DNA of 64,000 nucleotides, taken from assembly GCA_037137755.1 (NCBI GenBank), contig JBAXJR010000001.1, positions 121,126 to 185,125 on the forward strand, given 5' to 3'. Shown here piece after piece: positions 21,020 through 31,024 of the stretch. The translations under genes were made by a program, and so were the position numbers. The notes below the pieces were generated by a model. The model ran no database searches. It worked only from the letters and a program-made list of their open reading frames with translations, and was not told the DNA's origin. The number at the start of each line of letters is the position of its first letter. The stretch's first letter is position 1. The stretch is from Methanomicrobiales archaeon. GTDB lineage: Archaea > Halobacteriota > Methanomicrobia > Methanomicrobiales > Methanospirillaceae.

Positions 21020-21382
21020 ATGACAGACGAAACTGCGATAGAAGTGCCGGAAATCCCGAAGAAAAAGCTCACTGCCGAAGAAAAGCAGGTGCAGCATATC
21101 AGCCGCATTAAAAAGACCGCTATCGCCTGTTTTTTAGGGATGATTACCGGGGTTATCTCCTTCGTAATTGTTCCCGCAACCAGCATCACCGGGTTTAATA
21201 ATTACACCATGCTGGCCCTGTTCCTTATGCTTGCCGGTGTCGTTGTACAGCGCCATATTTTCATGCTCATGAAACTCGATACCCCGAAAATGGGTAATAA
21301 AGACTGGTTATACCAGGGTTTTATGACGTTCGCCTTCTGGTTCATCTCCTGGAGTATCCTGTTATCCACGGTGCAAGGATGA
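21020..21382 (+). CDS. Archaeal EMC6-like membrane protein
   Basis: Three TM segments and C-terminal KDWLYQGFMTFAFWFISWSILL. Ends 8 nt before ABCE1. Confidence 0.75.
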   Translation: MTDETAIEVPEIPKKKLTAEEKQVQHISRIKKTAIACFLGMITGVISFVIVPATSITGFNNYTMLALFLMLAGVVVQRHIFMLMKLDTPKMGNKDWLYQGFMTFAFWFISWSILLSTVQG

Positions 21383-21390
21383 GCTAGGCC

Positions 21391-23163
21391 ATGCGGATTG
21401 CCGTAGTCCATCTTGACCGGTGCCACTCGCGAAAATGTGGGACCGAGTGTATCAGTTACTGCCCCCGGGTGAGGACCGGTGATGAGACGGTCACCATTGG
21501 TGAGGACGGAAAAGCAGTTATTTCTGAAGAGCTCTGCGTTGGTTGCGGTATCTGCATTAAAAAGTGCCCGTTTGACGCGATTGATATTGTGAGCCTGCCT
21601 GAAGAGCTTGAGCACCCCACGCACCGGTACGGGGCCAATGGATTTTCACTGTACGGGCTCCCCCTCCCCGTCGAAGGGAAAGTGACAGGGATCCTCGGGG
21701 CAAACGGGATAGGGAAAAGCACGGCCATTAAGGTTCTTTCAGGTCAGCTACGCCCGAACCTTGGAGAAACCGAACGTGAATCATTCTGGGAAGAAGTCTT
21801 AAAAAAGTATGCCGGGACTGAATTCTTTGAATACCTGCAGAAGGTCTCGAAAGGCGCACTCAAGGTAGCGGTGAAGCCGCAATACATAGACTATATCCCA
21901 AAAGTGTTCAAAGGGACGGTCGGGGACCTCCTCCGGAAAACTGATGAACGGGGGATGCTAGACGAGTATATCGATTCCCTCTCGCTCCGGGCAATCCTGG
22001 ACCATGACATATCGACCCTGTCAGGCGGGGAACTCCAGCGGGTCGCTGCGGCTGCATGTCTCTCCCGTGAGGCGGAATTCTACTTCCTTGATGAAATAAC
22101 GCCTTTCCTGGATATTCACCAACGGATGGCCGTCGCAAAACTGATCAGGGACCTTGCAACGATCCGCCCGATCATGATCGTCGAACATGACCTCGCGATC
22201 CTTGATATGCTGGCCGACACGGTCCATATTGCCTATGGTAAACCTGCAGTCTTTGGAATTATCACCCAGCCCAAGGGTGTCAGGGTAGGTATTAACCAGT
22301 ACCTGGCCGGGTACCTGAATGAAGAGAATGTCCGTTTCCGGGATACACAGGTCGTCTTTGAGAAGAGGGCCCATACCAAGGAATCAGACCGTGAAACACT
22401 CCTCCAGATACCGGTGATGAGCAAGACATACGAGGCGTTCTCGCTGCATGTATCAGAAGGTGAGATCAAGGCTGGGGAAGTCCTTGGGGTAGTCGGTGCT
22501 AACGGGATAGGGAAAAGTACCCTTGCCAAGCTGCTTGCCGGTGTTGAAACACCAGACAGCGGCCAGATGGATTCGAAGCTCAGGGTCTCATATAAGCCGC
22601 AATATATCAAGGCAGACGTATCGGATACGGTTGAGTTTTATCTCCGGGGCATCACGAAAAAGTTTGACTCCGGAGTCTACCAGCACGAGATCCTTGAACC
22701 ACTTTCCATCGGGCCAATACTCCAGTCTCCCGTGGATACCCTTTCCGGTGGCGAACTCCAGCGGGTAGCGATTGCAGCCTGCCTTTCGAGGGATGCAGAC
22801 CTTTACATTCTTGACGAGCCAAGTGCCCACCTTGATGTTGAGCAGCGCGTGAAAATTACCCGGATGTTCAAGCGGCATGTGGATGGTAAACAAGCTGCAA
22901 TTCTTGTCATCGACCATGATATCTACCTGATAGACATGATCAGCGAACGAATCCTCGTGTTTGAAGGTAAACCGGGTATATCAGGTGAAGCGTTCGGCCC
23001 CTTTGATATGCGTGCCGGGATGAACCGGTTCCTCGCTGAACTCGGGGTCACGTTCAGGCGAGACCAGAGCGGGCGGCCGAGGATCAACAAACCTGAATCA
23101 TTCCTTGACCGCGAGCAGCGGGCAAATGGCGAATATTATTATTACACCGACGATGCAGTGTAG
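21391..23163 (+). CDS. rli: ABCE1/RLI ribosome recycling ATPase
   Basis: N-terminal Fe-S cysteines (CHSRKC..ECISYCP, CVGCGICIKKCP), two NBDs (GANGIGKS, LSGGELQRVA), and C-terminal RPRINK...LD.EQ. Confidence 0.97.
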   Translation: MRIAVVHLDRCHSRKCGTECISYCPRVRTGDETVTIGEDGKAVISEELCVGCGICIKKCPFDAIDIVSLPEELEHPTHRYGANGFSLYGLPLPVEGKVTGILGANGIGKSTAIKVLSGQLRPNLGETERESFWEEVLKKYAGTEFFEYLQKVSKGALKVAVKPQYIDYIPKVFKGTVGDLLRKTDERGMLDEYIDSLSLRAILDHDISTLSGGELQRVAAAACLSREAEFYFLDEITPFLDIHQRMAVAKLIRDLATIRPIMIVEHDLAILDMLADTVHIAYGKPAVFGIITQPKGVRVGINQYLAGYLNEENVRFRDTQVVFEKRAHTKESDRETLLQIPVMSKTYEAFSLHVSEGEIKAGEVLGVVGANGIGKSTLAKLLAGVETPDSGQMDSKLRVSYKPQYIKADVSDTVEFYLRGITKKFDSGVYQHEILEPLSIGPILQSPVDTLSGGELQRVAIAACLSRDADLYILDEPSAHLDVEQRVKITRMFKRHVDGKQAAILVIDHDIYLIDMISERILVFEGKPGISGEAFGPFDMRAGMNRFLAELGVTFRRDQSGRPRINKPESFLDREQRANGEYYYYTDDAV

Positions 23164-24047
23164 TATACTATGAATAAGACCATGCCAGGCAGTAACAATA
23201 AGCCCTAAAAAGAGTTCTTTTATTCACCTAATGTTACCTTTAGACCTATGGGAAATATTACAGCGCCAAAATGTACTAACCCCCTTTGCACGGAAAAAAA
23301 TGAACCGCGGCCTATGTCAGGGTAGAGGGAACGTTCACTGCGGACCACGGGGGATGTCCCAGGTGCAGTAGTGTAACCGGGAGGACGATACGAAAGAAGG
23401 CAGAATACCCCCTTTTATGGTGCAATTCCAGAACAAACCGATTCTTACAGGTATAAACACCCGGTAACCAGATCCATCAGGCGCCATTAACCTCACAAAT
23501 CTCTTGTATAATCGTTTGTTTTGTTAATCGGTCGGTTCTTATATCCTCTTTTGGTTTCTTGAATTTCCACCGTTTTTAGGAACCGCGTTGCCCTGACTAA
23601 CGGTCTGCGTGTTACTAGCAATATGCGACCAGGTTTAAACTGGCAACGTCAATATTATCAATCCCCGGGACCGCCACCAAGATCTGTTGTTTGATTTTCC
23701 AGATAGTACGATTTTAACTCCGCGTCTGGCAGTTCTCAATATATTCTTACTTCGATTGTTATTACATAGTAGATGGGAGAAACTGGGTTGATAAACTTCT
23801 AGCGGGGAAGAAATATCACATTGTTGCCCGATACACGGATGAGGGATATGGTATTTGTTAAAATGTTTGTCGTTGGAATACCTGAATATCTGGTATTCTC
23901 CTCTTTAAAGGGTTTAAAGAGATTTTTATCCTGAAAACAGATAGAACGTCTGGAACTATCTACTGAAGAGTTAAAAACATACAACCAATTGGCAACCAGA
24001 TTAAAACCCACCTAGGTTTTATAATATCCATTGATTATGTCTAGAAT

Positions 24048-24524
24048 ATGAAGATTTTCACGACTTGCTTTATTATAATCATCCTTGCTTTGCTTGCATG
24101 CGGATGTACAACTAAAGTCCCTGAATCAACCCAGACGACGACCGTACAAACTAGTACTGATACTACTGCGATCCCAAATCTAACCGGTACTTGGATTGTT
24201 AAGGCCGAAGGAGGAAGCATGCTTAAATCTGATACCCCCGGGCAATATTCTCACTATGTGACCGGTTATAACAATCTTACGGCCACATGGATTATTACTA
24301 ACCAGACCGGAAGGGTAGTTCAGGGTAATTTCATTTCATCAACAGGAAATAACGAAAGGTGTGTAGGGGTTATCAGCATGGACAATAAAAATCTGTATAT
24401 TGCTGATATGGATGGGTTCCTTGATCTCCATATCATCAATGATGACCTGATGACGTTGGTCTATCGTCACGTTACTCCAAATGATTCCGTTGCATCGGTT
24501 GGGACCTGGACTCGGGTGAAATGA
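24048..24524 (+). CDS. Putative lipoprotein / secreted protein
   Basis: Hydrophobic signal ending LACGC, Thr-rich linker, and beta-rich domain PNLTGTW...GTWTRVK. Confidence 0.75.
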   Translation: MKIFTTCFIIIILALLACGCTTKVPESTQTTTVQTSTDTTAIPNLTGTWIVKAEGGSMLKSDTPGQYSHYVTGYNNLTATWIITNQTGRVVQGNFISSTGNNERCVGVISMDNKNLYIADMDGFLDLHIINDDLMTLVYRHVTPNDSVASVGTWTRVK

Positions 24525-24764
24525 GATTTTATCCATTTTAACACCGCAGCCAAAGAAAATATTTACGTCTCACGATGGTAGTCATACGTCGATAAAAGAA
24601 TTCCAGGATACAGGTGGATATTTGCTGATAATGGGTTCAATTAATCGTTATTTTTTGCAATAGTCAGGTCTACCGTACCACTATCATTATTATCGGTTGA
24701 GAACACCGCGACAAAGCAGTTCAAAAAAGGACAGGAGAGATCCCTGTCAATATGCGGAGATTTC

Positions 24765-25523
24765 TTATCGTCGTTTCCTTAAATCTGCCCTTCCAGCTAT
24801 ACAAAGGAATGCAATGACAGACGCGACAACGAACACACTAGATAACGGTCCCGTACCCGCCTTTTTCGTGGCAGGTACTGTTGTAACAGCCGCGGAGGGT
24901 GTAGTTTCAGTCGTAGCTATAACTGTTATCGCCGGAGTGGCTGGTAGAGTATCGATTGTCGAGTAGATAGAAGACCTGGACTGAGTTGTTGGTATTGCAG
25001 TAACTGATGTGCCCTGGATAGAACTTCCTGATGTCGTACCGGTAGATGTTCCGGTAGAGGTTGATACTGATCCACCACTTACATACCCCCCTCCGCCTCC
25101 TGACAAGCCTCCGGAGGATGGATTCGTTGCAGTGACCGTTGTATCAGTTCCAAAAGCCTTGCTGTTTGCTATCAAATCAAGTTTTTCCGAGGTACCGGCC
25201 TTGAACGGTACGATCTGGAACGCCTGGACTCCGCCGACGACGAATGTGACGTTGACATGCCCGGCATTAACTTCCTCTTCTGTTGAGGATGCTATTAGTC
25301 TTGGATCAAAATTGTCGGGACCGCCATACAAACCGTCGACACTTGTAGTCAGGTTTCCTCTGGGTTCTCCGTTTATCGTTACAATGATTAGTGTGCCTGC
25401 GGGTGCCTGATTGCCATTCAGGTACACAGACCCATAAAATTCCTCAGGCAATACAGGTGCCGCTGCAACGGTTCCGATCAGAATAATTGCAGATATCATG
25501 AGAATACATAAGATCCTTCGCAT
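24765..25523 (-). CDS. Membrane-anchored surface protein: FYG-type N-domain, Gly/Ser/Thr linker, C-terminal TM + basic tail
   Basis: Signal peptide, PVLPEEFYGSV domain, SGGGGGY, and TKKAG-TM-RKRR archaeosortase-like tail. Confidence 0.85.
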   Translation of the reverse strand: MRRILCILMISAIILIGTVAAAPVLPEEFYGSVYLNGNQAPAGTLIIVTINGEPRGNLTTSVDGLYGGPDNFDPRLIASSTEEEVNAGHVNVTFVVGGVQAFQIVPFKAGTSEKLDLIANSKAFGTDTTVTATNPSSGGLSGGGGGYVSGGSVSTSTGTSTGTTSGSSIQGTSVTAIPTTQSRSSIYSTIDTLPATPAITVIATTETTPSAAVTTVPATKKAGTGPLSSVFVVASVIAFLCIAGRADLRKRR

Positions 25524-25619
25524 ATTACATCACATCAAACATTTTCGGGCAGGATAAACCCCGAATATACCATTCATAGAATTTCCTTCTGGAAATATAA
25601 AAAAGAATCGAAAATTTGG

Positions 25620-27455
25620 TTATTTAAGGTCGAGCCAGTCGGGTGGTTCATCCGATGGTTCAGTTGATCCTTCAGGTTCTGTGTCATCATCTCCAGAAAG
25701 GTTTCTCCTGCGGATGATGAAGATCACGAGTATTACTGCGACGATGATGATCACAACGACAATAAGCATCAGGAGTGTCATCATGTTGAATGGCAGGAAT
25801 GGAAGTATTCCTGCAGCTTTGGTCGGGGTCGGAGTTGGTGTTGGCTGGGTTGGTACCGGTGTTGTGGGTACCGGTGTGGGTGGATTGTTTGTGAACAACC
25901 CGAAGACCGTTGTGTGCGTTATCTTCGCACTTACTGTCCTGATGGATGGGTTGACCGTCGTCTGGAGGTCTTCCCACTGGGATGTTGCTGTATTATACCA
26001 CTTAATCGAAAGGTCCTGGTTCACAAGTGAATTCCAGTCGCTCTCAGCCAGGGTAAAGCTGAGTGTCACGTACGGGTCGAATATTGCACCACTTGGTTCA
26101 ACGTCATAGGCGATACCGGTGAAACTATAGGTCGCTCCTGCTGGCACGGGTGGAACCGCAGACCTGTCGATCCTGGTAATCGTAAGGTTTGAGATTTCAT
26201 TGCCACCGCTCGAGGTCATCGTCGTACCCGGGCTTGCCGTTACCAGTGCTACGCCGTCACCTGAACCGATAGTGATCGAGGTCGATGTGACGGGTGGGAT
26301 AGTTACGGTCGGGGTAGGGGTGGGGGTCTTGGTTACCGCGTCCCCTCCACCGCCACCGCCACCAATGTAGCCGCCTCCGCCTCCGCCGCCACCGCCGCCG
26401 CCATTGCTGTTAAAGACGAGGATATAATTGGTTTTCGTCAGTGGGTTGGTGCCGTCGTTATTACTAACCTTTAGCGTAACGGCATAGTTACCAATTGCAT
26501 AGTAAATATGCCTTGGATTTCGGTCATTCGAATACTGGTTATCACCAAAGCTCCAGTTCCAGGAGGTCGGGTCGCCGATTGACTGGTCTGAGAAGTCCAC
26601 GGTGAGTGGTGGTGGCCCCTGGGTCGGGACTGCAGAGAACGCTGCAGTTGGTGGGTATGAGGACTTCAGGTCAAGGTTGGTAACGTCCCCACTATGGTAC
26701 GGAATACTTGACTGCCAAGCATTCGCATAGTAACACAATGCAGGGTTGTCGTTGATTGTAAAGGTAATCGGGGTGCCATCCGTGATTGTGCCCTGGACTG
26801 AAAGGCCAGTATATGCACCTGATGCATTTACCATGACCGGATTACCTGTTACGGTTATCCCGTTTAGTACACCAGGACCATTTGCCTGGACCGTGGTTCC
26901 AATGGGTGCAGGGAGGTTATTTGCTACGGTCACCATACCATAGAAACTATGTGGCCACCCAGGCAGCCCCTGATCTCCTTGGGTTGTTGGTTGCGCAGTC
27001 GGTTGGGATGTCGTCGGCACGGTAGTAGTTTGCTGTGTTGTAGGTTGAACCGTCGTCGGTTGAGTCACAGGTGACCCGATTGTCAACGCAAGGAACTTTG
27101 AACTACCGGCAACATAATTTTCCTGCTGGTCGGCTTTTATACCGTTAATATAGAACGTAACGACAGCAGCAGCTGACATGTCCTGTTCTGTTGCCTGGAC
27201 AATAAGTCGCGGGTCAAAATTTCCCGATCCACCATATTGTCCAACAACCGATGTAGTAATTGAGCCCCTGTTTTCTCCATTTACATTGGCCGCAATTACG
27301 CTACCAACAGGAGCAGGTATTCCTCCATTTACGGTCACGGCCCCTTGGAACTCCATAGGAAGGGGTGGTGCTGCTGAAACGGTCGCTATTCCGAACAGCG
27401 CAATAAAGAACAGACAAAAAATAATTGTTGGGGTTATTCGGAATTTCTGGTTCAT
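25620..27455 (-). CDS. Membrane-anchored surface protein: 2 FYG-type domains, PKD, poly-Gly, PGF-pre-PGF-like domain, TM
   Basis: LPMEFQG and WPHSFYG domains, PKD (WNWSFGD), G11-Y-I-G7, and PSGAIFDP..TLSF...WY...WEDL.T...HTTVFGL. Ends in a long TM, RRR and an acidic tail. Confidence 0.87.
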   Translation of the reverse strand: MNQKFRITPTIIFCLFFIALFGIATVSAAPPLPMEFQGAVTVNGGIPAPVGSVIAANVNGENRGSITTSVVGQYGGSGNFDPRLIVQATEQDMSAAAVVTFYINGIKADQQENYVAGSSKFLALTIGSPVTQPTTVQPTTQQTTTVPTTSQPTAQPTTQGDQGLPGWPHSFYGMVTVANNLPAPIGTTVQANGPGVLNGITVTGNPVMVNASGAYTGLSVQGTITDGTPITFTINDNPALCYYANAWQSSIPYHSGDVTNLDLKSSYPPTAAFSAVPTQGPPPLTVDFSDQSIGDPTSWNWSFGDNQYSNDRNPRHIYYAIGNYAVTLKVSNNDGTNPLTKTNYILVFNSNGGGGGGGGGGGYIGGGGGGGDAVTKTPTPTPTVTIPPVTSTSITIGSGDGVALVTASPGTTMTSSGGNEISNLTITRIDRSAVPPVPAGATYSFTGIAYDVEPSGAIFDPYVTLSFTLAESDWNSLVNQDLSIKWYNTATSQWEDLQTTVNPSIRTVSAKITHTTVFGLFTNNPPTPVPTTPVPTQPTPTPTPTKAAGILPFLPFNMMTLLMLIVVVIIIVAVILVIFIIRRRNLSGDDDTEPEGSTEPSDEPPDWLDLK

Positions 27456-27457
27456 TG

Positions 27458-30400
27458 TTATACACCAATCGCTGCAAGGTTACCCGGAGTCCTCATGTAG
27501 AGCCAGTAACCATATGTCGGGGACAGTACGGTGAACTCGGTCGGATCTCCGTTGAAGATTGTCGGGTTATAGGTCTGGGTGAGTGAATTGAAACCCATCG
27601 AGGTAGTCCAGTTTGGCTGCACCGAAAGGAACGTATTACGTGCTGATGTTGGTGTTACACCGGTGAAACCGACACTGCTCCAACCTGCCGGGAGACTCCT
27701 TGAAGGAGGAGTAATATATGAGCCTGGGTCAAAGTGCAGATTCACTACCGTGCTTGAGGTCGAATAAATCCATATACCCCATAACGGTTGGATTGGTGTA
27801 GTAGAGATTACCGGTACCCACTGTGGCGGCGTAGCTGCACCATTCCATATCCATGCTGAGCGTCCACCCATGTTCACTTCACTAAATATTGAACCAGTAT
27901 TATAGCCGGATGCTAGCACCTTTGGAGTTGAAACAAAGTTCCAGCCCGGGTTTAATACTATCTTGCTGGGATCAACCGGTGGTGGTGTAGGTGATGACGT
28001 GACAACAATATAATTCGGCTTTTCAAGCGTAGAAGTCTGCTCCGCATTCCTGTCGGTGAGTGTTACGGTGTATGTTCCGGCATTTGTGTAGGTATGGGTC
28101 GGGTTCTGATCGATTGCGAAACCACCATCACCAAAGTTCCAGTTCCATTGTGTCGGTGAACCGGTAGTGAGGTCGGTAAAATGTACTGTTAATGGTTTGA
28201 GACCTACAGTCTGGTCTGCAACAAAATTTGCCTGGAGGGAGAGTGGACCTACGTGGATATAATGCTCCTTGGTGATCGAGTCACTCACGGTCAACCCATT
28301 GACAACCTTGGAAGCAGTGAGTTTGACCGTATAGTCTCCTTCATTCATGTAGGTATGTTGCGGGTTCTGCACGGTAGACGGGGTTGTACTGTCGCCAAAG
28401 TCCCATAACCAGCTGGTTGGGTTACCGAGTGACTGGTCTGTGTAGGTTACCATTAATGGTGACCGGCCGGATACCGGAGACCCGATGAATTCAGCTGTTG
28501 GTGAATTTGCATCCTTTACCGTGAAATTCAGCTCAATATACTTGTCATCAATACAGGGCTGGTTTAATGAATCTTCTAATGCCCTCAATGCCGCCATTTC
28601 GCGCTTTGCATCGGCTCCCTCAATTGCAAAGTACTTGCTCCACCTGGTTGGGCATGATCCTATAACATACAACTTGTTTTGTTCACCAATGATTGTCGAG
28701 GGTGGTGGCATGTATGCAGGGTTCCCGTTGAAGTCCCCTTCAATCATGACATCAAACACGTGGTTATACATCGGGTGTTGGAGCACGACATAGTATTTAC
28801 CGACCGGCAAGCTTTTCAGGTTGACATATTTGCTCAGGTCAATCCTGAATTCATCGCAACAGTCGTTTATGTAAGCGTGAACATAGTGGACATCGCCAAC
28901 TTTATTATCCTGACCAAATATCCACATTCCGACAAGATGAGCTGGGTTTCCTGTTGTATTCCCTGTGATAATTACAGATTGTTCTGAACAACAGTCTCTT
29001 ACAAGCACTTCGGGGGTGATTGTTGCAGAAATTGTCGGTTCTTTTAACAATATTTTTGCCGTTGCCGATGCAACACACGGATTCAGTGAGCAGGCATCTA
29101 CCGGTTTACTTGTCGCATAAATCGTGTACTCCCCAGGTTGGATTTTCAGGTTTCCTGTGACCCACCCATTACCTCGAGTATTGTAACTCCAGGTCCGAGC
29201 TGAACTATTCATCAGCACCATGGTGAATGTAGTTGGAGTAAGTGGGACTGAAGGAGTGGTAAGATTTGCACCACATTGTGGCTGACATGGCCCTGTAATA
29301 TAGAGATACGTGATGTAACTATCTGAATTGGTCCCGGTTATCGTGATATTTTCACCGAGAATAGCGGTATCAACCACATTAAGGGTTACCGCTCCTTTCT
29401 CTACATTTACCGAAGACTCTGCATATTTCATTTCGCCATCAAGGCCGAGGCCCTGGACATGGATCGTGTATGCTTTTGGCGTTGTCTGGGTAGATGTGCT
29501 AAATCCTACTGAAGCTGATCCGAACTGGTCAGTTACGACATCCGCATAGTACCTCGTACCATCGAATGGTGCATGGGGAACGGTATCCCGAACCGTTGCA
29601 CCGATCTTACAAAGATTTGGATAAACCAGTTGATTGCCAATTATATAGGATCCTCCAATTGGATCAAATCTGACATTTCGCTGGCCATCTAATATCATCG
29701 GTGGCTGGTCACAATCCGCACCAGTTGGTGGGTTACATGGATTATTGACAATCCACAGCGTGTAATGGGTATTAGGCCGGCCAGTAACCGTTGTGGTAAA
29801 CTGGTTTGATCGTAATACTGATGCTTCGGAGGTTACCGTCAAGAACTCATTAATAATGTTTACCTTATCAGTTTGTGATACCGCCCCTCCCTGGGGATTA
29901 TTAATGTTCATCTTATTCGCGAAGGATTCCGCCCATACGGTGTATGTACCAACAGGGTAACGGAACACATTCTGACTGTCGCGTGCTGATGTTTTCCAGT
30001 ACTGGTCAATCTGTGTTGTCTGGTCTGACCAGAAATAAGGAGTATTGCCAACTAACAAATTGGATAATCCTTTTGGATTTGTTGCCGGGTTAGGGGATAA
30101 CGTATACAAGCTGGTATAGGTTACTCCGCTTGGATCACGAACAAAGAGGTTGATGAATCCACTGGCAGCATGACGTTCTTTGACGATGCTGTCAAGGTTT
30201 GTGTCAATACGGAAATTAATCAACGTCCCCATATAGCGGTCTGCAATTGTCTGATTAAGCGGATTAATTGGTCCTTCTGCGTCGTAGTTTTTCACTGCTA
30301 ATTGTGGTGCCTTGACTACGAATGCTACCGGTCCTGCCGGGGAATTACCGCCCCACTGGTACCAGTTACCTTCCCATCCATTGAAAACGAATGGGTCAAT

Positions 30401-31006
30401 GTAAAATGCTCCCGGAGCGTTAACCGGAACGATATTTGCGGGTGCTGTTGATGAAGGATCGTCACCTGCACGGAACCATGCAATGGAGGTTGCCCCACTA
30501 ACTGCATTCCGCACATCAAGGTCCTGTTCCCCGATAAACACGGTGTTACCCTGTGAAATCGTTTTAATTTCAGGTGCAGGTGTTGGGGTAGGAGTTGGCG
30601 TAGGTGTGGGAGTTGGTGTTAGTGTCGGTGTGATTGTAATTGTTGGCGTAGGTGTAACCACATTAACGGAAAGGGCAAGCTGAGTCGATGCTCCCTCTGA
30701 GAATACACCCGTCTGAGGTGCCTCTACACTGTTCACAAAGAACGTGATTGTGGCTCCTACGGGATCGCCCTCAGCATGGGTAACCATTAATGATGCAAGA
30801 TTTCCATACTGTCCTGCCGTGTTAACCGTTGTCTGTCCTCTGATTTCGCCATTAATCTTGGCTACAATCACTGTGCCTGGCTCTGCAGGCACACCATTAA
30901 TCGTCACTCCACCATAGAAGAAACAAGGGAGTGTAGTATCTTCTGCTACTACTACTCCGATTGCTAACATCAGGATGAGTGCTGCGATAAGAGTTTTTGG
31001 TATCAT
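27458..31006 (-). CDS. Cys-rich S-layer-protein paralogue (DUF3821-like) with FYG N-domain, 2 PKD and GWN-repeat C-domain
   Basis: ISQGNTVFIGEQDLD (DUF3821-like), GKYYVVLQHPMYNHVFDV and AL..SLNQPCIDDKY recall Methanomicrobiales S-layer proteins. GGAGGT RBS precedes ATG31006. Confidence 0.8.
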   Translation of the reverse strand: MIPKTLIAALILMLAIGVVVAEDTTLPCFFYGGVTINGVPAEPGTVIVAKINGEIRGQTTVNTAGQYGNLASLMVTHAEGDPVGATITFFVNSVEAPQTGVFSEGASTQLALSVNVVTPTPTITITPTLTPTPTPTPTPTPTPAPEIKTISQGNTVFIGEQDLDVRNAVSGATSIAWFRAGDDPSSTAPANIVPVNAPGAFYIDPFVFNGWEGNWYQWGGNSPAGPVAFVVKAPQLAVKNYDAEGPINPLNQTIADRYMGTLINFRIDTNLDSIVKERHAASGFINLFVRDPSGVTYTSLYTLSPNPATNPKGLSNLLVGNTPYFWSDQTTQIDQYWKTSARDSQNVFRYPVGTYTVWAESFANKMNINNPQGGAVSQTDKVNIINEFLTVTSEASVLRSNQFTTTVTGRPNTHYTLWIVNNPCNPPTGADCDQPPMILDGQRNVRFDPIGGSYIIGNQLVYPNLCKIGATVRDTVPHAPFDGTRYYADVVTDQFGSASVGFSTSTQTTPKAYTIHVQGLGLDGEMKYAESSVNVEKGAVTLNVVDTAILGENITITGTNSDSYITYLYITGPCQPQCGANLTTPSVPLTPTTFTMVLMNSSARTWSYNTRGNGWVTGNLKIQPGEYTIYATSKPVDACSLNPCVASATAKILLKEPTISATITPEVLVRDCCSEQSVIITGNTTGNPAHLVGMWIFGQDNKVGDVHYVHAYINDCCDEFRIDLSKYVNLKSLPVGKYYVVLQHPMYNHVFDVMIEGDFNGNPAYMPPPSTIIGEQNKLYVIGSCPTRWSKYFAIEGADAKREMAALRALEDSLNQPCIDDKYIELNFTVKDANSPTAEFIGSPVSGRSPLMVTYTDQSLGNPTSWLWDFGDSTTPSTVQNPQHTYMNEGDYTVKLTASKVVNGLTVSDSITKEHYIHVGPLSLQANFVADQTVGLKPLTVHFTDLTTGSPTQWNWNFGDGGFAIDQNPTHTYTNAGTYTVTLTDRNAEQTSTLEKPNYIVVTSSPTPPPVDPSKIVLNPGWNFVSTPKVLASGYNTGSIFSEVNMGGRSAWIWNGAATPPQWVPVISTTPIQPLWGIWIYSTSSTVVNLHFDPGSYITPPSRSLPAGWSSVGFTGVTPTSARNTFLSVQPNWTTSMGFNSLTQTYNPTIFNGDPTEFTVLSPTYGYWLYMRTPGNLAAIGV

Positions 31007-31024
31007 GTTGTTTACCTCCATTCT

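Noticed and set aside
23323-23325. In-frame TAG as possible pyrrolysine readthrough
   Set aside because: The plausible continuation (CPRC) is in a different frame, and no pyl genes are present in the window.
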